DNA of 61,255 nt, the filler included, from Sphacelaria rigidula (Eukaryota): assembly GCA_964200075.2 (NCBI GenBank). It is 10 parts of 10 records of this genome, joined end to end, with 100 filler letters (N's around TTAATTAATTAA, not from the genome) between each part and the next. Parts side by side here need not be neighbours in the genome. Positions count along the whole stretch, not along the records: positions 36,816 to 42,850 come from CAXNAA020022654.1; positions 42,951 to 48,985 come from CAXNAA020022655.1; 8 more parts are not named here. One strand, 5' to 3'. A program made the translations under genes and the position numbers. Below the pieces are notes generated by a model that had not been told where the DNA came from, did not search any database, and saw only the letters and a program-made list of their open reading frames with translations. Below are positions 37,283 to 48,985 of the stretch, piece after piece (position 1 is the stretch's first letter; the number at the start of each line of letters is the position of its first letter).

Positions 37283-38072
37283 ACCCCTAGCGCTAGGATT
37301 TTTCCGCTTTTCCCGCGGGGACGCGCGGGCAGCATTCCAGCGCGTATCTGCTCTCAGCCAAATTCATCACATCTTGAGTGCGTATCAGCTCAGCTCATTC
37401 ATATATTCAGCGCACACCGAAATGATGAAGCGAGCGGTTCAGTTGTGAGGGTGTCATCACATTCTCCCGTTCTCGTCCCCGCCGACGTAAACTATCTCTG
37501 ATGTTTCTGCCATGTGGTCGATATGCGACCTCATCCGGCGGGAAACAAAAGATCTGCCGAGGTTCAAGCTCACCTCAACACATTGCACCACCAACGAGAA
37601 ACACGGATCGTGTTCTGCCCGAATTTTTCACTGTACTCAGCGTTGTCTTTTGCAAACCATCACCGTACCGTACCGTCCTCGCCTTACAGGGCCAGTCCCC
37701 TCACGCGGATACCCGCTCTATTTCAGCGTCCCCTCACGCGGACACCCCCTCTATTCCATTGGTGATGGAGGCATACACGGTACGATGTGAGAGCCGCGTT
37801 GTGCTGAATTAGGCTTGGACTCAAATTGGGGGGCGTGGGGAAGGAGCTCATCTGTAGAGTTTGTCCTCGGATCAGCGCACATCGGAATGAGCAGAGAGGG
37901 CACGGGCCGTAACGCCCAACGAATCCCCGCATTGGACCCCTAGCATTAGGATTTTTTCGCTTTTTCCGCGGGGATGCGCGGGCAGCATTTCAGCGCGTAT
38001 CTGCTCAGCGAAGTTCATCACATCTTGAGTGCGTATCTGTCCAGCTCATTCGTATATTCAGCGCACACCGAA
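37283..38072 (+). repeat. ~140-bp direct repeat pair (about 37283-37425 and 37937-38072)
   Basis: CCCTAGC..TAGGATTTT..CGCTTTT.CCGCGGGGA.GCGCGGGCAGCATT.CAGCGCGTATCTGCTC... present twice. Confidence 0.8.
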
Positions 38073-38276
38073 ACGCTGCAGCGAGCGGTCGCGAACGGAG
38101 GTGTACACCTACACAAAATGCAGCACGACTCCGCGGACCGGACCCCTAGCATTGGCATTCACCCGGACAGTCATCCCCCGACGCGGGCGTGGCGGGATCT
38201 GCACACTCATTCTATAGCATAAATCGCGTGGACGCCTTCTCAAGATAATCGCTGCACGCTCGTGCGCCCTGACGAT

Positions 38277-38316
<40 letters not shown>

Positions 38317-40259
38317 AGATTCTCTTCGGGCCTCCCGGGGGTGACGCAATTCGAAAATACACCAGTTATTCCTTTTCATATTATGGAGCCATTTGTGTCG
38401 GAGAATATGTACCTTCCAGTAGATACTCGTACTGTCACATGCCGCAGTTTCGAATGTCTCGGACCAAGAGTGGCGGGAAGAGCGGTGGACACTTCCAGCA
38501 TGAAGAGCTCGCTTCACGGACGGTGTGCGGAGGTGGAAATAACACCATCACGCACGAGACCCGTCACAGCACACATCGCAAGTGATTGCTACTGAAATAA
38601 GGTCGCGTCCCGGTAGAACACGGCAAACTTGTAGGGTTCTCTGAATGCCGGCCCGACCCTGCGCGCACGGATTTCAAATCACACTTTTATACAGTATATA
38701 TGTATGATACGGCTTGCTGTCTGTGTGTACGTGGTGTACCACCCCTCGCTCTGCCACATCTAGTACAGCGGTCGGTGTTGCAGCAAGAGTAATAGGCCGC
38801 CTCTGCCGCCATAATTCCTGCCTGTATCTTGAGCGGATGGTAACACAGCCGCTATGGCGCGCAAGCCGGCTGTAACAATTCATACCGCGTGGAGATTTCT
38901 ACAGTGTCTTGAAGTCATACTGCGTGCAGTTTCCACTTTTGCACGAGTATTGTGCGCGTCGCAGAAGGCAATAGCTTCTATACTATGCACAATACATGTT
39001 TTAAAATTGTATACTGACTGTAGAAAGCTCTTGTCTAGGGTGTTAGACATTTCCATACATATCAGGCGGTGAGATCGTGAAATAATGAAATAATCAAATA
39101 TTCCACAGCACATTGCCGAAGTGGAAGTGAGGCAATCACCGAAATATGCGCGTGCAAAGCCTGTGCGGCCGTACTCTAACTTGATAACGCTAGAAGAACA
39201 CCAGCGCAACGATCATCCCGACTCCCAGCCTGTGCACGGCCGTCCCGGTAATGTTGGGACTGTCTGTACCGGCATGTCGCCCCCAGTGCCAGGTACGCCG
39301 GCAAGGGTTCGCAGCACTACCCACTGGTCGCGCGACAGGAGCTCAATCTTCGACTGTCGAGATTTTTGGAGCGGAAATGTTCAGCTCTCAACCCTCACAT
39401 ATATAGCGGACCATAAACGATACTCACTTGCTGGGTTTCTTCGAGCGTCCGTTCATAACTGGGCGAATATTGATGATGAGGCCGGCAGGATCCGTCGCAG
39501 CCTGCGTGATCACCTATCATTGTACCCACTCTATCTAGCCGTCATCAGACAGCAGGGTGTTGAATAAACCAAATGCCACGCACCGTGGGTATCCACCGTA
39601 TCAATGCACACCGGGGCATCAGCGACTTCCCCTGGTGCAGCTGTGACTCCCTTCCTCTAATGCCACTCCACAAATTGTTGAGTGTTCTCCACGACGTTTT
39701 TTTTTGTGTGGACTGTTACTCCGCATAATTGGGGCACATATCACGCAGATATGACTGTGTTGAAGGCTTCACGTCGAAACTAACTGATGAGGGATCTCAG
39801 ATCATTCGACTCGTGTTTGCTGCTGACTAAGTCAAGGCAATGCCCAGCTGTTTTCAACTGCTTTGCTCTCATGTTATCGTGACATTCGCTGCATAACCGC
39901 TGTCTTCGTGTTCCCAAATAATCGAGAACGCAAAGAAAATCACGGTGGAAAAATACCCCGCCATGAGCGGGCTTTTGTGGCCCTTGTTTAAAGTTTTCGA
40001 CGATCTTGGAAAGGCTTTTGTGGTTCGGGATCGTCACCCCGCGAAAAAGAGCCAGTGTGGGCGACTTTCGATGACAAGAACACGCGCCACAGGTATCAGA
40101 TGACACCCAACCCTGAACTGTAATGTACCACTGACCCTCCTTCGTGCACTGCAAAAGAAAGCGCGGGCCAAGATGTCTTGCAGCCAGAGAGCACTTGGCA
40201 AAAGTGATGAAAAATACGAAGTGATACATGTACATGTATATATATATATACTTATCATG

Positions 40260-40293
<34 letters not shown>

Positions 40294-40971
40294 AATGTAT
40301 ACAGGGTGGTTCACGACGATCACCCAAAATCGCGTCACCCGCAAATGCCTTTTGCAATACCTACCCAATAGTGGCACACATGATATCATACTGATAGCCA
40401 TGGACAGCAGCTGAAGAGCGTAACATGAACCGGTTTCGTCTTCAAGTCCATAGTAGTGACGGTAAGGGCAAAAAAGCACCTTGAACAATCAGCGCCCTTC
40501 AACATGTCCTGAAATCGAAAATGCCATTCCAAGCCCAATTTTCACCCAACCTCCACATGTCTAAAATTGTAGTAATCGCCATCAGCTCGAGAATCTAACA
40601 GAAAAATTATATTTTAAAACGGTCGCTACGCGGCCGAATTACGATACACCTGAAACCGCGGTGTTAAAGTGATGTGCGGTTTTTATGTTGTCTAGTTCCC
40701 ACTGGGGAAAAGAACGAAAGACCCAGGGAGGCTCGTGACGTTTTCCCTTATATCTATCCCAGAGAAGCTCAGATTGCCCTGGAAGTCGGCAGTTCCGTAG
40801 GTATCGATGCTTCAAATGGGGGAAAAAACATGCATTTTTGACAATATTTCAAAGTTTTTTCGTTCCCCACCTGCTTCGGGGGTCGTTGGGACTGACTCAC
40901 TTGCAAGAAACGAGTTTGAATTTTTGTTGTTGTTCATTTCCACCCCCCGTATCTCATTTATTCGTGTACCA

Positions 40972-41008
<37 letters not shown>

Positions 41009-41018
41009 GCTGGCACAG

Positions 41019-41163
41019 CGCGTTGGATGCGGAGAGCGAGCACTTGGTGCAACACGCCATCGACAACATGATCTCCAGGGGAGGAATGACTGTTATCCTC
41101 ATTGCACACCGCCTCAGCACCGTTAAGAGGGCCGACAAGATTGTGGTCATTCGAGGCGGCAAG
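41019..41163 (+). CDS. Exon of an ABCB-type (MDR/TAP) ABC transporter nucleotide-binding domain, D-loop to H-loop
   Basis: CAG acceptor and GTATGT donor. Encodes (S)[48 protein letters not shown]. Confidence 0.93.
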
Positions 41164-41559
41164 GTATGTCATACGTTTCTCCCGGTGCGCTTTTGTTGAA
41201 CTAGAATTTGTCCCAGTTCGGCACCATGCTATCCGTGGTTGATATTGCTTGATTCGGATCTTCAGAGGGCGGCGGGGGGGGGGGGGGGGAGGGGAGTAAC
41301 AGTCCTCAGTGCTCCCTAGCTTGCGCAGGACACATTTTTGTCCATGTCAGCGCCTTTACAGCCGCCGATTGGAGGTCTGCGAATGCACATGTTGTCTAGG
41401 GCACCCTTTTACCCCCCCTTGCCGCGAGAGCTCTCGGTTTGCATTGGGTGAAGGTTGAGGTTGAGGTTGAGGTTACGAGCGTATTTCTAAAAAATTGTCG
41501 ACCATGGATAGAAATGGCGCAGAACTGGGACAAATCCACCTCGCCTTCCCCCCCCCCCC

Positions 41560-41700
41560 ACTCGCCGAACACACCACGGCGCTTCGCGCTTTGTGAACGA
41601 TTGCAAGCCTGATCCGGCAAAAACACGGCAGGCTTCGTCCAGGCTTTGTAGGGATACGAGGTCAACGGTCATACGATTATGGCATGGGAAATCACAAGTA
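41560..41700 (+). mobile_element. 5'-truncated partner element between C runs
   Basis: Matches 43440-43580; preceded by a long C run and followed by CACCCCACCCC. Confidence 0.8.
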
Positions 41701-42609
41701 CACCCCACCCCACCCACCCGCGCCCATGTTTCCTGGTCTTTTATTTCACGTTTGCCTTTTCCGAGGCTAGCCTGACATTTCACCTCTACTCTCATGTTGT
41801 TGAACTTTATGTCATGTCCAAGAACGGCATCCTATCATGCTAGACAGGATCTTCATATCACTATTTCTCATGCGCACTGACTGTGGTACGATAGCGCTGT
41901 GGCGTATTGACCGGTAGCTTGGGTCATCTGGATCTGCATCTGGATCGTACAGATCACTGTTGGCCTTCTAGTCAGCAGACGCTATGTCAAGTACCCGTCC
42001 GACTCTCAACGGTTGCGCTTCACATTGGAGTCGAGACTTCATCATCTATTGTTCTTTCGTTGGTTCTCTTCATCCATCAAGCGACGAGTGATGTCACACG
42101 TGCCGGTAATCATAGAAAATTGTTCCGAGAATGCACATGCACTGCGCGTGTGCACGCTGCTTCATTTTATTACAAAATATGTAATGAGTGACGAAAAATA
42201 TCCAAGATGAGGAGAATATGCTGACCGGATTTTTTACACGCGAAAACTATCGTCCGAATTTTATTCATACATATACGAGCGGGTCCAGCTGTGAGGATAA
42301 CGAAACAGCGGAAAGGGCCGGCAGGCGGTAATTCGAAGAGTTGAGCGCTGGAAATTTGACACAAAATTTTCATCACCAGTCCGGACAGGACTAGTGTCTG
42401 CACACTTGAAAAACAAATTAATAAAGAAGTTGGAGTGACTTGAAGTTTATACGAAAACAGGAAAATTGCCATAACTTTGTGTTAAATTGAGAGTAACGAA
42501 TGTACGTTCAACCAGGTGGTGGGTAATCGCGTCCCGGGCACTTCTGTAAAATTTCAGCCCATAACTCGTCGAATTGGGCCCGGACGAGCAGTTCTCGTGT
42601 GACCGGGCT

Positions 42610-42690
42610 GCGCCCCCGTGCTCCAATGGTCAAACTGGTAAATATCCGATTCCAATTGCACAGGTTACGAGTTCGAATCCCGACATGATC
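42610..42690 (+). mobile_element. tRNA-derived SINE head or tRNA pseudogene
   Basis: A-box-like TGCTCCAATGG and B-box GAGTTCGAATCCC at tRNA-like spacing; acceptor stem does not close. Confidence 0.45.
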
Positions 42691-42965
42691 ACATGATTGT
42701 TTTTTGTCTGCTTCCTGCTTAGTTCCAAAATGTCTCGACCATTTCTCGACGCCCTTGGCTCTGGCGGCAGTATAGCGCAGCCTCAGGCGGTACTCCCCCA
42801 AACTACGGATATATGTTACTCTAGGCTCGGTGGTTCTCTCCCATGATGGANNNNNNNNNNNNNNNNNNNNNNNNNNNNNNNNNNNNNNNNNNNNTTAATT
42901 AATTAANNNNNNNNNNNNNNNNNNNNNNNNNNNNNNNNNNNNNNNNNNNNGGCGCGTGGGCCTGG

Positions 42966-42998
<33 letters not shown>

Positions 42999-43203
42999 GG
43001 GGGGTCGATTCCACGAAAAGGTGCTCATGAGTGTGTCAGACGACCTATAAACAATACATTCGCAGTGCGCTTGCACTTGGATGGAAGCGACGTCAAGCAG
43101 CATGAAGGATCGCGAATGTTATTTATCGGTAACAACTGCGTTCGAGCAACTGTTGCTGCTTTCGTGGAATAAATTGCCCCAAATATCCCCCTCCCCCCCT
43201 CCA

Positions 43204-43303
43204 GAATGTTGGAGGTGTCTCTATTAGGAGTAGGAACGGCGCTCCGTCTCGAAAGGGATGCGTGGTCAATGGTCGAACGACTAAGGCAAGCAACAAATGA
43301 GTG
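43204..43303 (+). mobile_element. 5'-truncated 3' end of the C-tailed LINE
   Basis: Encodes NVGGVSIRSRNGAPSRKGCVVNGRTTKASNK*; CCCTCCCCC on both sides. Confidence 0.88.
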
Positions 43304-43312
43304 CCCTCCCCC

Positions 43313-43580
43313 TGGCTGTCTCTGGAAGTGGCGATACTAGAAAATTAAGGAAGTCATCGTACGTTGTCATCCAAACGCAAGATAATCAGTAGACTTCGGG
43401 CCGAACAATCTTAGCAAGATGTAGCTTACCTTTCATGCGACTCGCCGAACACACCACGGCCCTTCGCGCTTGGTGAATTAGTGCGAGCCTGGTCCGGCGA
43501 AAACCCGGCGTGCTCTGTCCCGGCTTTGTAGGGATGCGGGGTCAATGGTCTGATGACTATGGCATACATGATCATGAGTA
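43313..43580 (+). mobile_element. Nearly complete partner element ending ATGAGTA-C12
   Basis: Reverse-complement homologue of 59182-59450. Confidence 0.85.
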
Positions 43581-43773
43581 CCCCCCCCCCCCTCACTCCC
43601 GGGAGGTTCTCTCGAAAGAGATCGAGAGAGAGACAGTAAGGAAAGGCGGATGGAGATGTAAAGAGTGGACGGGTAAAGTTCTAGTAGTGCTGGTAATCGG
43701 AGTTCGTGGCGATATGACAAGAATAGAGTTTGAAATGAAATGCGGTGGAGTTGGACTATACTGTTTGGCAAGA

Positions 43774-44203
43774 AACACGGGATTTTACAAATTGGGGATC
43801 AATCTTTTATAGGAGATGAAAACCCGGAGGATTAAAATCTTCATATTCACACCAAATCTTCGAAGTATGCTTCCATTTCTTCCTTGCTGGTAGCTGTTGA
43901 CAACTGTTACACGCCATACGAATTTGGATTTCGACAACCGAAATGTCGGGGTCCTAGGTGAAAAAACAATTTTGGCGTCCGATCGAACACCTAAAATCCC
44001 CCCAAATTCGTTTTTCATCTAGGACTCCGACATTTTGGTTATCGAAATCCAAATTTGCATGACGTGTAGTAGTTGTCAATAGCTACCAGCAAGTGAAGAG
44101 ATGGAAGCATACTTCGAAGATTTGGTGTGGATACGAAGATTTTGATCCTCCGGGTTTCCATCCTCAATAAAAGATCCATCCCTAATTTGTAAAATCCCGT
44201 GTT
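43774..44203. mobile_element. AACACGG palindromic MITE, TSD AAGA/GAGA
   Basis: The empty site is visible in the LINE copy near 22190, where the 4 bp occur once (as AGGA). Confidence 0.9.
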
Positions 44204-45961
44204 GAGAGGGAAAGTAGAAAGAGAGGGAGAACACTTCCGAGTCACGCTAAAAGAGAGCGTGAGCAAGGAGTAGGAAAGTATAGCGACAAGTAAGGTGTCG
44301 GCATGGGTTAGAAGAGTAGGGTGGAGAGTATGCATAACTAATGGAACAGCAAACCTAGGACGTAGCCCACGGGTAAAGGGAGGGAGAGAGAGGCAGGAAC
44401 ACGTGAATACCTGGAAGGGGAAGGGGGGGGGGGCATAGCGGCCAGAAGCAACTGGACAAAGAACAACGTAGAAACGGGAAAAACAACCAAGCAAGGGAAA
44501 GTGAAGGTAACAGCGACGGAGAGAGGACGGCAGACAGCATGAGAGCAGGTAATAGTTCGGAAAGGAAGTTGAGGATAGGATCGTGGAACGTGTGTGGGTT
44601 CATCACAGACAAGCGCAAAAGAGAAGAGATTGCGCTACAAGTAAGTAAATACGACCTACATAGAGTTGAAATCTAACAGTCATGTGGGAAAGAGAGGGCT
44701 GGAATAGGATGCAAAGTTCAAGAGGACGCATGGATAGAGAAACAATGGAAGGAACAGAAGTCCAGAACCAGGGGAGCGGGGGTAGTAGGAAGAAATGGAA
44801 ATACATATATACGCAGAGGACATGGGTACCATAGATCATTGCCTAATATGGACAGAAACCCAACAGACGAAAGTTAAAAGAAATAGGCGGGGTGGGAAGT
44901 TGTACAAAAGCAGAATCGATAAACTAGAAATGGAACAAAATGGCAAGGGTTTCAAGAAGAGATGGCCAAAAATGCAGTGAAATTTTCCGAGTTATTGTAA
45001 AGCGTACGTGCTGGTGATACCGGAAAAAAGGGATCGGGCAGGAGCAAAGATTATAGAAGGGTGAGAGCAATTGGTCAAGACCACAGCAGCAAAAGCCATA
45101 TGGAAGACTCTTATCGTATGCAACAGAGCGGTAAAATGGTAGGACGAGGAAGAAAAAGAGGCTATAAGAGTATGGAGAGAGGCCCATGCGACATGGATGT
45201 CGAGCAAAAGTACGGTAGGATGGGATGAGTATACTAAAGCTCGAAAGGAAGTAAAAAATATGGTACAGCAGAAAAAGGAGGGAGTGTGGGAAGATGTAGT
45301 GAATAAAACAAACGAATATTGACTGGATTTGTGTGACGTGAGTTGACGCGGTGCGGAAGTGCTGACCCAATCCGCGAGACCAAAATGAAAGACACGTACC
45401 GGGGGAGAGATGGATTGATCCCTTGAGACCACGGACTCATCCCGGGGAAGGGGAGGATTTCAAAGTGTGAAGAAAAACAAAAAAATAGATAAGATTATTC
45501 AAGGTAGGAAATACGCCGGGCTGATAACGAATTGTTTCTCTCTGGACATGCAAGAGCCTCATGACACAGTATGGAGAAATGGGCTGTGAAAAAAGTTGTG
45601 GGAAGCTAGGATCAGAGGAAAGATGTGGAGAATGGTGAAGAATATGACAGAATGTGCCAAAAGTGCTATGATGCTAGACGGGGAAATATCGAAATATTTT
45701 GATATCTTACAAGGAGTTGCGCAAGGATGTACGTTATCAGCTACTTAATTCAAGGTATTCATTAGTGACCTGACACTAGCTGTAGGAGCAGCGAATCAAG
45801 CAGTCTAGGTGGGTGAAGATGTTATATCAGGTTTGACGTTCGCGGATGATTTTGTGGGGATTTCAGGAATGGCAGAAGGATTGCAAAAACAAATGGAAAA
45901 TGCTCTGGGATACACGAGGAAATGGAGAGTGACAGCAAGTGTCAACAAATGTGCGGTACTC

Positions 45962-46294
45962 CACTCGCGGCCACTTGGCTACACCCCAAAATGCCCCCGG
46001 AGGGATGCGCGGCCCTCCAGGGGGAAATCAAGCCTCCCGAGGTCCTCAATCCCCCTGGAGGAAACCAAACTCTACCGACCCGGAGGGCCGCGCACTCCTC
46101 CGGAGGAATTTGGGGGTATGCGCGGCCCTCCAGAGGCAAAAATAAGCCTCCGGAGACGTTCAATCCCTCTGGAGGAAACCAAAAAGTCTCCTCTGGAGGG
46201 CCGCGGACCCCTCCGGAGGCGTTCAATTCCTCTGGAGACTCGAAAAGTGTACCCACCTGGAGGAATTTTGGAGCTAGCCAAATGGCCGCGTGTG
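45962..46294. mobile_element. CACTA/CMC-like MITE, 2-bp TSD TC
   Basis: TIR CAC(T/A)CGCGGCCA(C/T)TTGGCT with many subterminal CCTCTGGAGG repeats. Excision restores the RT frame KCAVLVCNEDK. Confidence 0.82.
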
Positions 46295-46525
46295 TCGTCT
46301 GTAACGAAGATAAGAAAATTTCGGTAGAGTTCAAATGGAAGTAGGGAGAGGAGGAAATACCGATCGTAGTCCAGTATACATACCTTGGCGTAATATACTA
46401 ATAAACTGTTCTTGGGATGCACACATAAACAAGGTGATGGAAAAGGTGAAGGCACAGATAGGCAGGATGGACGTGATCCTCAGAGATTCGCATCTAGACA
46501 CTAGGATTAAGAGATGTGTCCTGAT

Positions 46526-46636
46526 TGGTTGATTGAATGATTGATTAATTGTCGAACTTTCAATGACCACCCATGGGTCTAGCCGTGATCGCATGATACA
46601 CTCACTCAAGAAAAGGAGGAACAGAAAAAAGTCGAA
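46526..46636 (-). mobile_element. Short (AATC)n-tailed retroelement fragment inserted in the LINE
   Basis: Degenerate (GATT)n at the left end; GAT duplicated at 46523-46525 and 46637-46639; absent from the other LINE copy. Confidence 0.6.
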
Positions 46637-47707
46637 GATGAAGGTGATTTTACCAAAGCTGAAATATGCGGGAGAAGCATGTTAGGGAAACGTGAAGTTG
46701 GTGGAAATTTTGGAAACAGTACAGATGGCAGCAGCTGAGAAAATACTTGAATACTCGAGAACGACGAGTAATAGGGTTTCGGGAGCAGAGTTGGGAATGT
46801 ACTCACTTAAAACAGACAGAGACATGAGGAAATTGCGACGTCAATGTAGGTTAAAAAACATGCAGAGAAAGAGATTGCCCGCTGTAGTTGATATCATGAA
46901 CTACATGTTGTACATGTTTTCTACCCGTGATTCATGCGAGATTATTCAAGTGTAAATGTTTCCCCCCTTCCGCTCATGCAGCATGAATTACTTGTACCTG
47001 TTTTCTACCCGTGATTCATGCGAGGTGATTCAAAAATCCATGTTCTCCAAATTTCCACTTATCCGGCATGATTCATGGGTACATGCTTCCTCTCTGCTGT
47101 TTGTACAGCATGAATCACAGGTATGTTTCTTCATTTTCATTCATCCAGCATGAATCACATGTACGTGCTCTCCACCTGTGCTTCATGCGAGATAGTATAT
47201 CAAGTGTACACGTTTCCCACTTTTCATTCATACGGCATGAATCAAGCTTACACATTTTCCATTCACGAGTTTGCCGGACGATTGAATCAATGTGATATTT
47301 CTTCCGCCAGTGGGTCGTACTGGAACTGTGAGTCGTACACATTTCGTAGTCTGCATTCGTATGGCGCACTGCTTGGAGTGTACACATTTCCCGTTTGTGA
47401 TTCGTGCGGTGCAACCTTGACGTACAACTTTACCATTCGCGCTTCATACGGCACGACTCTTTGGCCCATGATTCATAGCTATCATTCATCAAGAGTCAAC
47501 CCATATGAGCTCTGACTCGTCCCAACCGTGAAAGGACCCCCTTACCGTGATTTCAAGAGCCGTCATCCCGTGTCCACAGATCGAACATGTTTTAAGGAAA
47601 CACACACAAGGGTGGCCACTGATGCATGTAATACGAGACTTGTTCGACTGTATGACCCGAATTATTCTCATCACCTGACAAAAGGCGGTATGGCCAACCT
47701 AACAGGA

Positions 47708-48150
47708 AACACGGGATCTTACAAATTGGGTATGGATCTTTTATTGGCGATGAGAAACCCGGAGGATAAAAATCTTCGTATCCACACCGAATCTTCGAAA
47801 TATGGTTCCATTTCTTCACCTTCTGATAGCTATTGACAACTACTACACGTCATACAAATTTAGATCTCGATAACCGAAATGTTGAGGTCCTAGGGGGAAA
47901 ACAAATTTTGGGGAATTTCGGGCGTCCGAACGGACGCCAAAATGGTTCCGAATTTGTTTTTCACCTAGGACCCCAAAAATTAGGTGATCGAAATCCAAAT
48001 TTGTATGGCGTGTAGCAGTTGTCAATAACTCTCAGTAGGTGAAGATATGGAAGCATATTTCGAAGATTTGGTGTTGATACGAAGATTTTAATTCTCCGGG
48101 TTTCTCATCCCCAATAAAAGATCCATCCCCAGTTTGTAAGATCCCGTGTC
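47708..48150. mobile_element. AACACGG palindromic MITE, TSD AGGA
   Basis: AGGA at 47704-47707 and 48151-48154. Confidence 0.93.
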
Positions 48151-48230
48151 AGGAGCTTATGTGGCCGCATAACCCGGATTATAATCATCACTTCATTTAG
48201 GGTCACAGAATAGTGGTGGGAAACGCTACG

Positions 48231-48691
48231 AACACGGGATTTTACTAATTGTTGGGGATGGATTTTTTTATTGAGGATGAGAAACCCAGATAAATAAAAT
48301 CCTCGTATCCACACCAAATAATCTTGGATATATGGTTCCATTTCTTCACTTGCTGGTAGCTATCGACAACTACTACACGCGATAAAAAGAATGGATTTCG
48401 AGAAGCGGAATGTTGGGGTCCTAGGTGAGGAACCAATTTTGGGGAAACTCGGCGATCTGATCGGATCATCTAAAAATTCTCCACAATTAATTGTTTCTTC
48501 ACCTGAGACTCCAACCATGTCGGTTATCGGGATCCAAATTTGTATGGCGTGTAGTGATTGTCAAAAGCTACCAGCAGGTGAAGGAGTGGGACTATATTTC
48601 AACGATTTGATGTGGATACGACGATTTTTTTAATTTTCCCGCTTCTCATCCTCAATCAAAAATCGATCCCCAATTTGTAAAATTCCGTGTT
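48231..48691. mobile_element. AACACGG palindromic MITE, TSD TACG
   Basis: TACG at 48227-48230 and 48692-48695. Confidence 0.92.
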
Positions 48692-48946
48692 TACGGTAGA
48701 GACAAAAAAAACTTGTTTATGTAAATATCGCGTTAATATGGGTCACGATGAGGCGCATGACTTGGGTCAACAACCTGCTGACCAGGGTAGGGGATGGTGA
48801 TGATGTGTGAAGCGAAATGTGTACGCGCGGTAGCATGGCGTGAGCTTATTGCGACCGGACCTCGACACCATGGGAAAATGAGTTGAAATCACGCAGAGCA
48901 AGGGGCCCTACAGACTGGAAAACGGTTTATACCCCCCCCCCCCCCC

Positions 48947-48985
48947 ATGGTGAGACACCCATGAGGCAGTGTATAAGCTGTGGCT
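48947..48985 (+). mobile_element. 5' head of the partner element after a C15 run (cut by scaffold end)
   Basis: ATGGTGAGACACCCATGAGGCAGTGTATAAGCTGTGG matches the reverse complement of 59449-59484. Confidence 0.8.

Larger units (their letters stand above)
43600..46892 (+). mobile_element. Second degenerate copy of the APE-RT LINE with nested insertions
   Basis: Colinear with 22365-19360. Retains QGVAQGCTLS, GLTFADDFVG and DHCLIW. Interrupted at 43774-44203, 45962-46294 and 46526-46636. 3' end missing. Confidence 0.9.

Noticed and set aside
40300..40330. TA-CAGGGTGG Tc1/mariner-like terminus
   Set aside because: I found no matching opposite end in the scaffold.
42610..42690. Functional tRNA gene
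   Set aside because: A and B boxes are present but a cloverleaf cannot be closed; kept only as a SINE-like head.
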